Of a DNA stretch of 64,000 nt, positions 19,377 through 30,483 are shown one piece after another. Below the pieces are notes generated by a model. It worked only from the letters and a program-made list of their open reading frames with translations. It ran no database searches and was not told the DNA's origin. Every line of letters starts with the position of its first letter. The stretch's first letter is position 1. Made by a program: the position numbers and the translations under genes. This DNA is from Nitrospirota bacterium. Lineage in GTDB: Bacteria; Nitrospirota; UBA9217. The stretch covers positions 1 to 64,000 of the forward strand of contig CAVVUN010000002.1 in assembly GCA_963751455.1 (NCBI GenBank), in the 5' to 3' direction.

Positions 19377-20012
19377 TTATCGGCCGCCTTTATTCACCAT
19401 GCCGTCCGCCATGGCATCGGCAATCAGATAGATGGTATCTTTCAGCGCGGCCCAGGTTTTGGACTCGGAAGAAAAATCGCCGCTTACGATCTGATCTATT
19501 TCTGTGATATGATGGCCGCCCTGCGCCATGAGCAATCCAAGTACGGTTTGAGCCGACCAGCCGGAATTGGCGGAAACCAGAAATGTGGTCATGTCTTCCG
19601 TATTCTCCCTTATCCTGGCTATCGCGGCGTTTTGCGCAGCGTTGTCATGCTTCGTAGCGGCGGCCATGTATTGCTTGATGGCTGCGAAACGAATCCCCAG
19701 AAGACCGAAAAAAACTTCTGCCTGGCCCTTCCCGTAAACCGCTGACATTGAATCGGCAAGCGCCCGCTGATGTTTCGTAACCATACCCTCTGCTGTCATG
19801 GCCGCTTCGCCGTTGCCGAACCTGGTCGTTACAATTACATTCCGGATCCAGAAGATGTGCTCTACCCATTGATCGCGAAGATCAAGCTTTATCTGGATCG
19901 ATTTTTGGGCAGACTTGATGCTCGTCTTTTTAGGCTTGGCATAGGAAGAAGGTGCAGAAAAGAGCAGCAGCATGGCAATTGCAGCCGCAAGGCAGTTTTT
20001 AACCGATATCAT
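19377..20012 (-). CDS. Secreted helical protein of unknown function
   Basis: Signal peptide; LRDQWVEH..W...HH helical pattern. Confidence 0.6.
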   Translation of the reverse strand: MISVKNCLAAAIAMLLLFSAPSSYAKPKKTSIKSAQKSIQIKLDLRDQWVEHIFWIRNVIVTTRFGNGEAAMTAEGMVTKHQRALADSMSAVYGKGQAEVFFGLLGIRFAAIKQYMAAATKHDNAAQNAAIARIRENTEDMTTFLVSANSGWSAQTVLGLLMAQGGHHITEIDQIVSGDFSSESKTWAALKDTIYLIADAMADGMVNKGGR

Positions 20013-20057
20013 ACTCTCTCCCCGTCAGCAAGCCGAATCAAAAGCCAAGCGGCAAAT

Positions 20058-20480
20058 CTAACCAAGCAGGGTCGTCAGGGTGTCGTGATGTCCCTCTTCT
20101 ACAGAGAGGATTTCCTCGAAGAGCAGCCTTGTTGTTTCGTCGCCTTCCGAAACCGCCTGCTTTATAATGTGCTTGTATAAAGCAATTGCCTCTTCTTCGG
20201 CCCTGGCATCGGCCCTCAGCATCTGGATGGGATCTCCGCCGACCGAAACGGGATTAGGTTTGACCGTTGGATTTACATCAAAATAGTTCAGGCGCTCTGC
20301 GATTTTCTCGGCATGCTTCATTTCATCCATTGACGCCTTTTCGAACACACCGGAAAGTTCGGAGGCGGTCATGCCTTTGACCATTACATGGTGCCACATG
20401 TATTGAATTATGGCCTGCAGCTCCGCGGCTATCGCCTGGTTCATCAACTCCGTCAATTTGGGACTTGCCTTCTGCACCAT
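20058..20480 (-). CDS. bfr: Bacterioferritin / ferritin-like protein
   Basis: EL.AI.QY..H, DEMKHAE.IAER, EEEAI..Y and EE.H ferroxidase motifs. Confidence 0.8.
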   Translation of the reverse strand: MVQKASPKLTELMNQAIAAELQAIIQYMWHHVMVKGMTASELSGVFEKASMDEMKHAEKIAERLNYFDVNPTVKPNPVSVGGDPIQMLRADARAEEEAIALYKHIIKQAVSEGDETTRLLFEEILSVEEGHHDTLTTLLG

Positions 20481-20732
20481 GCCGCTCCTCCTCGTACATG
20501 CCTCTTTATCAAGAAAATCCTGCAGGCCGGCCCGGCCAGGAATTTCTCAAATTGGAATATTGATACTTATTTATAGATCTGAAAGGGATAGGATAATTGC
20601 ACAAAAACTCTTACTAAACATATCACCCCATGAAGTCATGTCAATTCACTGAAAGTATCACAGCACTTGAATTCGGCTGCGATCATGCCGCTGTGAAGGA
20701 AGCCGGTCTTACAAGGAAGGACCGGCCGAACG

Positions 20733-21309
20733 TCATACCTCAGGTCTTGCCCTGGCTATAATGGACATGAATTCCTGCCTGGTGGCCGGATTATCGCGGA
20801 AAACGCCGAGCACCGAAGAGGTAACGAACATGGAGTTTTGCTTTTCCACTCCCCGCATCATCATGCAGAGGTGATGCGCCTCGATCATGACGCCCACGCC
20901 ATCGGCCTTGATCGCGTTTTTTACGGCGTAGGCAATCTGTTCAGTCAGCCTTTCCTGGATCTGGAGCCTTCGTGCAAACATATCGACAAGCCTGGCCAGT
21001 TTGCTGACCCCGAAAACCCTGCCCCTGGGGATGTAGCCGATATGGCACCGACCGTAGAACGGCAGCAGGTGATGCTCGCACAGGCTGTAGAGCTCGATGT
21101 CCCGTTACCACGACCATGCTTGTCGTTTCCTGTGCGAAGCAGGCCTCGTTGATCAGCTTCTCAATATCGGCCTTGTAGCCGGAAGTCAGAAATTCAATCG
21201 CCGATGCAACGCGCTTCGGTGTGGCCAGAGTCCTTCCCGCGGCGGGGTCTTCGCCGATCTGTATCAGAAGTTCCAAACCAGATTCCCGATTTTTTCATGG
21301 TCAAGCCAT
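20733..21309 (-). CDS. folE: GTP cyclohydrolase I (frameshifted)
   Basis: IGEDP...[33 protein letters not shown] and [12 protein letters not shown]. Confidence 0.9.
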
Positions 21310-21813
21310 AAAGCAGTTCCTCTTCAAAAGGTTCGGTGTAGCAGGTAAGCGGCGTCATCTCCGTTCGCACCGCATCCTTTGCAAATGCGGAAACCGGAAG
21401 TTGTCCCGGCAGGACCAGGCCTGGCGCAAGCTCGACAAGGGGGACTGCCAGAAACGGGCGGCTCATGATATCGGGGTCCGGCAGCGTCAGCTCTTCTTCC
21501 TTCATCGTTCTGTTCCCATACAGGATCAGGTCAAGATCGATAGTGCGCTGAGAGAACTTATCGCTGCCCCGCATTCTTCCCAGTTCGCTCTCGATCGGCG
21601 GAGCACGCTGTACTTCAGGTCCCGAGGCGGCAGCGACGACTCTATCGACAGAACGCAGTTGAAAACGACGGCTGTCCGGGCGGCCGACGGGTCGGTCAGG
21701 TAGACCGTGGAGATGGCATGAACCGCGACCCGGGATGCAAGCCGGAGAAGTGCGTCCCTGACGTTGTTTTCCGGTGATATGTTCGATCCGATGCTGATAA
21801 AGGCCCGTGTCAT
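21290..21813 (-). CDS. folK: 2-amino-4-hydroxy-6-hydroxymethyldihydropteridine pyrophosphokinase (frameshifted)
   Basis: AFISIGSNI, S.VY.T.P, F.N and IE..LGR...RTIDLDLILYG...LPDP.I..RPF. Confidence 0.85.
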
Positions 21814-21815
21814 GA

Positions 21816-22173
21816 TCAGCCCGTCTTGTCCGCGTGATTTCCACTCCCACGTTCCTGGCGAACCGAAGCGCGAACGGCTTCTCGACCCTGCACGGTGGCC
21901 TCTATAACCGGAGGATACTCAAGACAAATATCGGCAACCGCCTGGGCCAGGGCCTCGACGAGATAGTAGCGTGAGTTTTCCGCCATGCCCAGGATCTGCT
22001 TGTTGACGGTGCGGTAGTCCAGGGAATCCTCGAGCCGGTCGCTTGTGCCGGCTTTGCGGAGGTCCACCGAGAGCGACAGGTTGATCAGCACGTCCTGTTC
22101 TGTCCCGCCGTTCCTCGTCGCGAACACCGATGATGCACCGGACAAGAAGATCACTGATCAGAATACGGTCCAT
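21816..22173 (-). CDS. folB: Dihydroneopterin aldolase/epimerase, FolB/FolX family (frameshifted)
   Basis: MDRILISDL.VRCIIGV.DEER...Q.V.INL...DYRTV...LVEALA...EKPFALRFA. Confidence 0.8.
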
Positions 22174-22941
22174 GGTGCTCCTCCCCGAGATGTCTGCCTC
22201 CGTCCACATAGATGATCTGGCCGGTAACAAAATCGCTTTTGAGCAGGTAGAGCACCGCGTCGGCGATGTCCCCCGGCCCGCCGTGCTTTCTGAGGGGGAC
22301 GGTCTTTGCAAGCCCGTCAAGATAGCTCTCATCCTTTCCCGCGGGCGGGAGGATGAGGCCGGGCGCCACAGCGTTCACCGTGAATTCCGGCGCGAACTCC
22401 AGCGCGCACATCATGGTCAGGACCGAGAGCATCCGTTTGCTAAGGACGTAGGCAACGTGCGTCCGGTCGTAGCCGGTGATGCGCGTGTCGAGGAGGTTGA
22501 TGATCTTGCCGCGCTCCGCGAGCCTCGCAAAATCGCGGGAAAGGACGAAAGGCGCCCACGCGTTCACCTGCAGATGCCGCGTCACGTCGCCGAACCCGAC
22601 GTCCATGAGCGTGTCCGGAAGAAACATGGATGCGTTGTTGACAAGGATATCGAGCGACCTGCCGCCTTGATCGCCCGCGCGATCAGCGATTCATATTCTT
22701 CGGGCTTTTCCAGATCGGCGATGATGCTCCATGCCCGTGCTCCGCATTCGACCACTTCGTCGCAGACCTTCGCTGTTTCCGCTTCCATGGCCTTGCGGTC
22801 GTGGGCAACGATATGCACTCCTTCGTCAGCAAGAGCGATGGCGATCGCGCGTCCTATCCGTTTGCTCGCGCCGGTGACCAGGGCGACCTTTCCCTTCAGG
22901 CTCCGAGGGGCGCTCCGCTCGGACGGGAGATGATGGCTCAT
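22151..22941 (-). CDS. Pteridine reductase-like SDR (FolM/PTR1 type; frameshifted)
   Basis: LVTGASKRIGRAIA, LVNNAS.F, IINLLD.R, Y.LSK and VNAVAPG.IL. Confidence 0.8.
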
Positions 22942-23281
22942 GCGGCCTGACCGATCCCGTGACGGTCAGCCGCGAGATCGATCTTCGCCGCCACGATGAA
23001 GTCGTTCAGCGACAGTCCGCCGATCTTATGCGTCGACAGGGTCAACTGCACCTTGTTATAGGAGATGAAGATGTCGGGATGATGGTCCTGCTCGTTCGCA
23101 ATCGCGGCAACGCTGTTCACGAATTCCATTGCCTGCCGGAAATCCTTGAAGCGAAATTCCCGCTTGATTTCCGTATCGCGGGAGACCATGCAGGGATATC
23201 GCTCAGAAGCCCTTGGGCCTCACTGATCGAAAGCCTCGCCGTTTCAGAAGCCGGTTTACAGTTTTGTTCCGCAAGGTTCAT
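22938..23281 (-). CDS. phhB: Pterin-4-alpha-carbinolamine dehydratase (frameshifted)
   Basis: AAGGAGG RBS, MNLAEQNCKP, F.FKDF..A..FVN, DHHPDI and THKIGGLS.NDF. Confidence 0.85.
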
Positions 23282-23370
23282 CAAGACCTCCTTAGCGCGG
23301 CCATGTCGATGTTTTGAAAAGAAATACCATATTCACCGGCCGGAACGGGAGGGGAGTGTTTGACCTGCCC

Positions 23371-23821
23371 CTATTGCTTCACAACAAGAACCGGGATTTT
23401 AGACTCTTTTATTGATGACGCCATAGGTAATGCTTCCAAGAACGGCGGCCGATAAGGCGCTTTTGCCGTGTGAACCGAGAACGATGAGATCAGCGCGCAA
23501 TCGCTCAGCCTCATTTACAATTTCCTCCACGGGGTGCCCTGTTGTTATTGAAATCTCGGAATCGACGTCGTTTTTATCGGACAGTTCCTTGATGCCCTGC
23601 GCGTACTCCTCGGCTGCCTTCCGGAGGTAATCCTCGATCGGCTCCGCAAGATGTGTCCCTGTTGCGTCAGGTGGAACGGTCTGTGTTATAAATGCCCGTT
23701 TGTCGATTACGCTGTGTGCAATTACGACAGCCTTGAGCTGTTTGGCAAGTTCAATGGCATATTCGACTGCCTTTTGGGCCGTTTCGGAACCGTCTGTCGC
23801 AACGAGGATTTTTGAAATCAT
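23371..23821 (-). CDS. Universal stress protein (3' indel)
   Basis: KILVATDGS..A.KA, G.P..EI, DLIVLGSHG...LGS; ends IPVLVV in a shifted frame. Confidence 0.85.
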
Positions 23822-23865
23822 GATAGGTTCTCCTTGATGGAATAAAACATAGAATGTACGGAACG

Positions 23866-25070
23866 TTACCGTATCGCGCCGCGCAGTTTTTCCCTGGTCA
23901 TGTGGCCGCCCTCCGAGATCAGTTTCCGCGCAGCATCGACCTTCTCCCAGACATTGCACATCATCACGCCTCTGACCCTGCCGCGGTCAAGATAGTAAAT
24001 GACGCCCGTATCGTTTTCTTTCTGCCAGTCCGCAAAGGTTTCGAAGCGGGTGGTCACTTCTCCAACAGCCTCATATCCGAACTCGAACAGGTCCGAAAAA
24101 AAATACGGCATATAGGTGTATTTTTCATGCGCGCCCGCCATGTTCCTGCCCGCAAGCTTTCCCTGGTTTAATGCGTTGTCCCAGTGTTCGACCCGCATCT
24201 GCTTCCCGAACGCATTGTAGGGAAAGAACGCATTATCGCCCGCTGCATATACACCGGGGAGCGACGCCTGGAGATACTCGTCGACGATGATTCCGTTGGC
24301 GGTCTGCAGTCCGGCCGTTCGCGCCAGATCAAGTGAGGGCGAGATGCCGACACCGGCGATTACGATATCCGACTCGATTTCCCTGCCGGTTTCGGTCGCA
24401 GTAACAAACCGGGTGCCCCTTTTCCTGAACCAGGCCGGCTTTTCGCCGCTGAGTATGGTGATTCCGCGCTCCTGAAATTTTGCCTGAAGCGCTCGGCCGA
24501 GATATTCCGGAAACACACGGGATACGAGATAAGGATCGGGAAAAATCATCGTTACGTCAACCTTGTTCATGCTCAGCGAGGCGGCGAGTTCGGAGCCTAT
24601 GAAGCCGCCTCCTATAATAACAGCGTATTTGCCGGCAGATGCCTCGGCCCGCAAATCCAGATAGTGGTTCAGGTTCCGAAATCGTCGATATCCTCCCGGT
24701 CTCCTCCCTCGATCGGGAGTTTTCTTGGTACGCCGCCGGTTGCAAGCAGGACCTTTTCGAAGCTGTAGCCTCTGCCTGCATCATCGGTTAATGAATTGTT
24801 TCTGACGTCCAGCGATACTGCGGTAAAGCCCAACGCAAGCGATACCCCGTTTTGATCGTAATACTCCTGTTTATGGAGAAAGATATCTTCGACTTTTTTC
24901 TTACCGAACCACAACTTTTTGGTGAGAGGCGGACGATCGTAGGGCAGGTGTTTTTCAGTGCCGACGAGGAGGATAGAACCGTTTTTGTCGAGACCTCGGA
25001 TGCCCTCTATTGCCGATGAACCGGCCAGTCCGGAGCCGACGATAATGTACTTGTATCTTTGTTCCGGCAT
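23866..25070 (-). CDS. FAD-dependent pyridine nucleotide-disulfide oxidoreductase, ferredoxin-reductase-like (frameshifted)
   Basis: IIVGSGLAG, PYDRPPLTK, LLATG, IIGGGFIGSE, VYAAGD, RVEHW..A..QG and PYFFSD. Confidence 0.85.
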
Positions 25071-25228
25071 GAAGTCCTCCGTCCCGATGCATATTCTCTG
25101 ATGCAGGGAGCACTGCAGGCGGCTTTCCTTAAGGCATGTTTCATAACATGATTTGAATATACCATAGATATTTACGAGGGAGGCGCCCCGGGGCAAGGCA
25201 AGTATCGGTCCCGGCGTTTCTCTAAAAC

Positions 25229-26143
25229 TTACAGGTATCCTTTTGTGTTCAGCCGATTCAGCAGAAAATGGAAATAGACCAAGCCCGCAAAAGGGTGCCA
25301 GCGCCTGGTAATTCCCCGTACGGCGTCAAAATCCGGTTTTTTTCCAAGCCTGAGCAGCAGCGCCAGACTGTTGCGGGCGCCCGCGTCCTCGCCCGGAAAA
25401 ATATTGAGGCGGCCCATTCCCCTGAGCAGTACGTATTCCGCGGACCAACGGCCAATGCCTTTGAAGCTTTGCAAAAATTCTATTGCTTCGGGATCATCCA
25501 TGATTGCGATACGGTCCAGGTCCGCTTTTCCTTCAGCAAAGGACTGCGACAGGGAAAGGAGTGCATTCGCCTTGTTGCCGCTGAATCCGAGACTTCGGAG
25601 CGCGCTTGCAGGTGCCCCGGCAAGCTGGTACGGTTCAGGAAAAGCATGCAGCGCCGTGCTGCCGGAGGTCCATGCACTGCCGTATGTTTCCACGAGCCGG
25701 TTCAGAAGTGTTACGCCGACATTGAGAGAAAGCTGCTGGAAGGCAACGGCATTTATCACCGCCTCGAAAAGGGAGGGGAATTGAGGAGGCTTCAACCCGA
25801 GAAACCGGTTCATGAGCGGGTTTATATACGCATCCAGAGCTGCGCGCACATAAAATTCTTTCAGGTCTTTCCGGATGCCGAGGATTTTTTCTACAAGTTC
25901 AATAGTGCGGCTTTTGAGGTCAGGAATTAAGGGGCTGGCTGTTTGGACTGTGATATTAATTCTTTGCTTTCCGGGTTGCGTTACATCGACCCTGATCAGC
26001 TCCGATCCTAGCAAAAGAATACGCGTATAGGTGTTGGCGTGCCATTGATCGATGATGTTATGGGGAAGCCGGCGCAAAGCCCATACAGTAAGATCCAGGC
26101 GAAATGGAGCAATCGGCTTAAGATAAAAGGAAATCGTGGGCAT
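25229..26143 (-). CDS. alkA: DNA-3-methyladenine glycosylase II
   Basis: FEA....V..QQ.S, FP.P and HhH motif KGIGRWSAEYVLLRG.G....FP..D. Confidence 0.85.
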   Translation of the reverse strand: MPTISFYLKPIAPFRLDLTVWALRRLPHNIIDQWHANTYTRILLLGSELIRVDVTQPGKQRINITVQTASPLIPDLKSRTIELVEKILGIRKDLKEFYVRAALDAYINPLMNRFLGLKPPQFPSLFEAVINAVAFQQLSLNVGVTLLNRLVETYGSAWTSGSTALHAFPEPYQLAGAPASALRSLGFSGNKANALLSLSQSFAEGKADLDRIAIMDDPEAIEFLQSFKGIGRWSAEYVLLRGMGRLNIFPGEDAGARNSLALLLRLGKKPDFDAVRGITRRWHPFAGLVYFHFLLNRLNTKGYL

Positions 26144-26215
26144 GGCGAGGCTGAATATAGCTAAAGAGTAGTGCGATGCAGAAGACGTGTCAAGGAAGAT
26201 GAGCTGAAGAAATAC

Positions 26216-26983
26216 CTACGGCAGATCGTAAAGTGAACGCATCTCGCGTGTAAAATGTCCATTTGTTTCGTGAATAACCAGGGGCGGCAGCACCTCGAGC
26301 CCGATACCCGATGCTTTTACAGCTTCTATCAGTACGAGCGTGGCTTGCCTGTCGGCGTACGGATGAACAAGACGCATGCGCTTTGGCTCGAGTTTACGTG
26401 ACCGAAGGGAGGTGATCAATTCCGCGAGCCTGTCCGAGGCAAAAATCAGAACGTAACGGCCCTTATTCTTGAGAAAGACCTGCAGGTCGAGCCAGGCCCG
26501 AAGGTCTCCAAGAACATCATGCCGGGCTGTCAGGCGTTCCGCATGCGGGCTCTGTTTGCCCGTACCGGTCCTTGTGTAGGGCGGGTTGGCTACGATGAGA
26601 TCGAAAGTCGCGGGTTTCAATACCGTTCGCAGTGTCTTAATATCTTTATCAAAGAAGAGGATGTGGGCGTCAACGCCATTGTCCGAAATGTTCTTCCTGC
26701 AGACGTCGACAGCGGCAGGCTGGGTTTCAACAGCGACAAGCGCGGCATCGGGAAATTTTTTCGCCAGAAGGATCGAGATAATGCCGGTGCCTGTGCCAGG
26801 CTCAAGAATGGTATCTTCCGGTTTAACACGGCAAAAATCAGCGAGAATGAGGCTGTCAAGAGTGAAGCGCGCTCCCTTTCTCGGCTGTGTGATCGTGACG
26901 ACACCTGCTCCCCGCATAGAGATACTATCGCGAGTAAATAAATCCGAATTAACGGTGTTGCTGCGTTCGTTTATGAGAGACAT
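26216..26983 (-). CDS. tRNA1(Val) A37 N6-methyltransferase-like SAM methyltransferase
   Basis: Q...G.RF..DS..LA.F, ILEPGTGTG, DLIVANPPY and ARH. Confidence 0.75.
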   Translation of the reverse strand: MSLINERSNTVNSDLFTRDSISMRGAGVVTITQPRKGARFTLDSLILADFCRVKPEDTILEPGTGTGIISILLAKKFPDAALVAVETQPAAVDVCRKNISDNGVDAHILFFDKDIKTLRTVLKPATFDLIVANPPYTRTGTGKQSPHAERLTARHDVLGDLRAWLDLQVFLKNKGRYVLIFASDRLAELITSLRSRKLEPKRMRLVHPYADRQATLVLIEAVKASGIGLEVLPPLVIHETNGHFTREMRSLYDLP

Positions 26984-27025
26984 GGATTTAATCCCGGCAA
27001 ATCGTTCGCTAAAGCTTTTTAATGT

Positions 27026-27418
27026 TTATTTCACTTTTTCGACATAGTCGGCTGTCAGGCGTTTCGGTTTGCCCTGAGGGTCTACATATACTGCTTTTGC
27101 CCTGCACTCCACGAATACGCGGCCGGATGTTTTGTCCCGCATGATATGTTCGAACACCATGGTTGCCCGCGTGACGTCGCGGACCCAGGTTTCGATTTCG
27201 ATGACATCACCATACCGGGCGGGCGATTTATAATCGATCTCGACCCGGAGGACCATGAAGATCGTGCCTTCGTCCATCAGTTTTCTGACCGCGTACCCCC
27301 GTGCAGCGAGATACTCCGTACGCGCTCGCTCCATGTACCTGAGGTAGTTTGCGTAATAGACAACCCCTCCGCAGTCAGTGTCTTCGTAGTAGATTTTAAC
27401 TTCCATCATATGGTTCAT
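27026..27418 (-). CDS. YbgC/FadM family acyl-CoA thioesterase
   Basis: YYEDTDCGGVVYYANYLRYMERARTE. Confidence 0.85.
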   Translation of the reverse strand: MNHMMEVKIYYEDTDCGGVVYYANYLRYMERARTEYLAARGYAVRKLMDEGTIFMVLRVEIDYKSPARYGDVIEIETWVRDVTRATMVFEHIMRDKTSGRVFVECRAKAVYVDPQGKPKRLTADYVEKVK

Positions 27419-27631
27419 CCCCGCGCTCCTTCTGCCATAGCTTAAAATATTTTTTGATTTTTGTCGAGAGAAAGATGTAAAATAGGCGGAATAAATGAAG
27501 CAATAACTTTTATCCTTTACATTTGTCTTTTTTTTAGATTATACTCGCTTCCACTCTTTTCGAGGAGAATTCCGCCGGCTGACGGCTTTAGAATGCACGG
27601 CTGTATGTACGGCTTCTTAAAGGAAAGACGC

Positions 27632-29023
27632 ATGAAAGTAAAGATTGCCGGTTTTTCTCTGCTTGTTCTCATAGTCGTCCTGCTGCGCGCTTTGCCGGCC
27701 GCTGCGGCTTCCAGCCTTGTATTGTCCAACTCGGGAGCTGCTTCGTATATACTGCAGGGTGTCGGGATGGAAAACGTGGCAGCGCTCGACGTCACTATTA
27801 CCTACAGCACTCGGTTACTTGATAATCCGCGGCTCATGCAGGGTCCGCTCGTGTCCGGCGCCATGACCGCGATCAACACAAATACTCCGGGCACGATACG
27901 TGTCGGGATCGTAACGACCAAACCGATAACCGGCACGGGCATTATTGCGGCGATGACGTTTGACGGTAAGGGAAATGCAGCGGATGGAATCGAGTCATTC
28001 AAAGCAAGCATTACCAATATAAACGGCGGTTCGCTTCCTGTGCTGGTGCAGATCATAAACCCGGCAGTTATGGTCGCGGACTCCTCATCAGGAGAAGCAA
28101 GCCAGGCTCCGATTCTTGTCTCAGCGGTCCCGGCTCGTCAGTTTGCCGTTCAACCTGCAACGACTGCTGTAATTACAAAATCAGAAGATGCAGAAATCTT
28201 CGAACCGGAAATACAGCCAGCAGAACCGGAAGAGGAAGCCATGCCGCAGGAAAATCCGGTTCATGCAAAGACAGCCGCGGGCCAGGAAAATAAAGCCGCT
28301 CCACAAAGTAAACCGCAGCAGGAAACGAAAATGCCGCAGGAAAGTAAAAAAAGCGACGGGGTACAGACAAAAGCTCCGGCAAGGACGATATATGCTCAAA
28401 AGAGTATTCTGCAGAAATTCAGCAGTTATAAGGGTTATCGAACGCCCAAGGGGCTGACGGCTCTTTTCAATCAGGACTTTCTGCTCGGCTTTACTCAGGA
28501 GCCCTCGATTGTTCTGTCGGACGGCAGCTCCCTCGCAAAAATTTCATTTATCGCCATGAACATAGGCAATAATCCGCCGAAGCCGGAGATGACAGAGGGC
28601 AGCATTTCCTCGCTTGTACCCGATCCGGATAATACGAATACCTGGATCGCCAATGTGAAACCGGACAAGGGTGCCTATGCGACAAGCTTCATCGTTCCCC
28701 AGGAGAAGCTTACGATGCAGTTTCCTCTTACTGTCGCGCCGAAGGCGAATGTCGATCTCGACAATTCAGGGACTGTAACAGAGAACGATTTTTTAGTTTT
28801 CCTGAAAGGGCAGGGGACTCTGCAACTCGACTTGAACGGGGACGGAAAGCGGGATTATATCGATGACTATATCTTTGCTGCGAACTTCATTGTGGAACGT
28901 GATAAATCGAAGCCCGTGGCCGAGAAAGGTATAAGCCCGGATAAACCGGGTCAAAGCCAGGAAGCACCGAAGCCGACCCGGTTCAGAAGGCATAAAAACC
29001 CCGCTGCTACTACCCATGAGTAA
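27632..29023 (+). CDS. Secreted protein with cohesin-like domain, low-complexity linker and dockerin-like double EF-hand
   Basis: Signal peptide; VAALDVTITY...G.I..G.....PI.G.G..A..TF beta-sandwich; C-terminal DLDNSGTVTENDF...DLNGDGKRDYIDDY. Confidence 0.7.
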   Translation: MKVKIAGFSLLVLIVVLLRALPAAAASSLVLSNSGAASYILQGVGMENVAALDVTITYSTRLLDNPRLMQGPLVSGAMTAINTNTPGTIRVGIVTTKPITGTGIIAAMTFDGKGNAADGIESFKASITNINGGSLPVLVQIINPAVMVADSSSGEASQAPILVSAVPARQFAVQPATTAVITKSEDAEIFEPEIQPAEPEEEAMPQENPVHAKTAAGQENKAAPQSKPQQETKMPQESKKSDGVQTKAPARTIYAQKSILQKFSSYKGYRTPKGLTALFNQDFLLGFTQEPSIVLSDGSSLAKISFIAMNIGNNPPKPEMTEGSISSLVPDPDNTNTWIANVKPDKGAYATSFIVPQEKLTMQFPLTVAPKANVDLDNSGTVTENDFLVFLKGQGTLQLDLNGDGKRDYIDDYIFAANFIVERDKSKPVAEKGISPDKPGQSQEAPKPTRFRRHKNPAATTHE

Positions 29024-29041
29024 TTGACCCACACCCCGATA

Positions 29042-30469
29042 CTAGGATTTTAAAATCTTCTCCGCCGCAATCTGCGCCTCATGGATGCAGTCGCCGATCC
29101 CGATGCCCTTGTAGGAGCAGCCGATGAGGTGCAGCCCCGGGTGCGCCGACAGGCTGCGGTCGATAAGCGCCATACGGTCGAGATGGCCGACCGTGTATTT
29201 CGGCATGCCTTTGAACCATCGATAGACTTTTGAGAATGCGGCGTTCGCCTTGAGACCGAGGATAGTGTCGAGTTCCTCCAGCACCATCTTTGTCATGCCC
29301 GCGTCATCCAGTTCATGGACCAGTTCCTCATGATGCCCTCCGCCTACGAATGCGCGGATCAGGACCTGGTCATCGGGCGCCCGGTAGGACCATTTATGGA
29401 ACTGTACGTGGCGGCGTTGACCCTTCTGCCCTCGACTCTCGGCACGATGAATCCGAAGCCCTTGAGAGGGACTTTCACGTCCTCCTTTCGGAATGCGATC
29501 GAAACCGTGGCCGGAAGAGGACCATTCGATTTTGTTCATCTGCTCCGCAAGAGTTTCATCGAAACCTTTTACCATTTCAGCGGCATCATATGAGGCCGTT
29601 CCGATCATGACGTGGTCTGCCTCAAGCGTCTCTCCGATTCTCAGGATGACCGCTGTAGCCCTTGTCTTTCGGTTCGATGGCTTTGACAGAAGCGCCGAGC
29701 CGGATCGAATCCTTGCCGATATAATCGGCGCAGGCCTGGGACAGCGTACTGCATGCCGTTCTTGAAGCTCATGAAATACGTCATTTTCGGTGCGCCGGGC
29801 TTCGGAGGCGGACCGCTCAGGGTGGCATGGGGCCTGCTCTTCATCGCGGCAAGCATTCCGCGGATGAGACTTCCGCTCTTCTGCTCCATCTGCACGAAGC
29901 GGGGGAAGGTTGCGAGGACGCTCATATTGTCGGGATTCGACGTATGGATGCCTGCAACGAGCGGTTCGGCGATTTTCTCGAGGCATTCCCGGCCAAGCCG
30001 GCGCGTAACGAATGAGGCGAGACTTTCATCCTCCATGAGCTTTCGCTTCGGAATGAATACCTCCATGCCCATGCGCATTTTGCCCGGCCAGGAAATGAGG
30101 CTTTGACTTTGCCATGGGCTTGAACGAGGTCGGGACCATGAGCATGACGCCTTCGGGAAGGGAATGGAGCTGTCTTGTGAGTAGATGAAGGTGCCCTTGA
30201 AATGGTCGTTCGAGGGAAGCATTTCGGGTTCGAGGCCGAGGTACTTGGCGAGATTCACGGTCCAGACCTTTTCCGGGAAGAAAACTGTCGGGTCCGCCCT
30301 CGATCAGATACTTGTCGTGTTTCTCGGTCAGGATCTTGCCGCCGATGCGTCTGTTCTTTTCGAGCAGCAGCACCTCGACCGTCTTGCCGTGTGCCTTGGC
30401 CCCGGCCTTCAGATGGACTGCGGCAGCCAGTCCGGCAATGCCGCCGCCTATGATTATTATTTTTGACAT
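29042..30469 (-). CDS. hemG: Protoporphyrinogen/coproporphyrinogen III oxidase, HemY/HemG type (many frameshifts)
   Basis: IIGGGIAGL.AA, R.GGKI.T...EGGPDSF, DESLASFV.RRLG, MP.Y.VGH and Y.GIGI.DC. Confidence 0.85.
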
Positions 30470-30483
30470 GATTGAACCTTTTT

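Noticed and set aside
27540-27631. Cyclic-dinucleotide riboswitch before the cohesin-like gene
   Set aside because: Consensus elements are not found.
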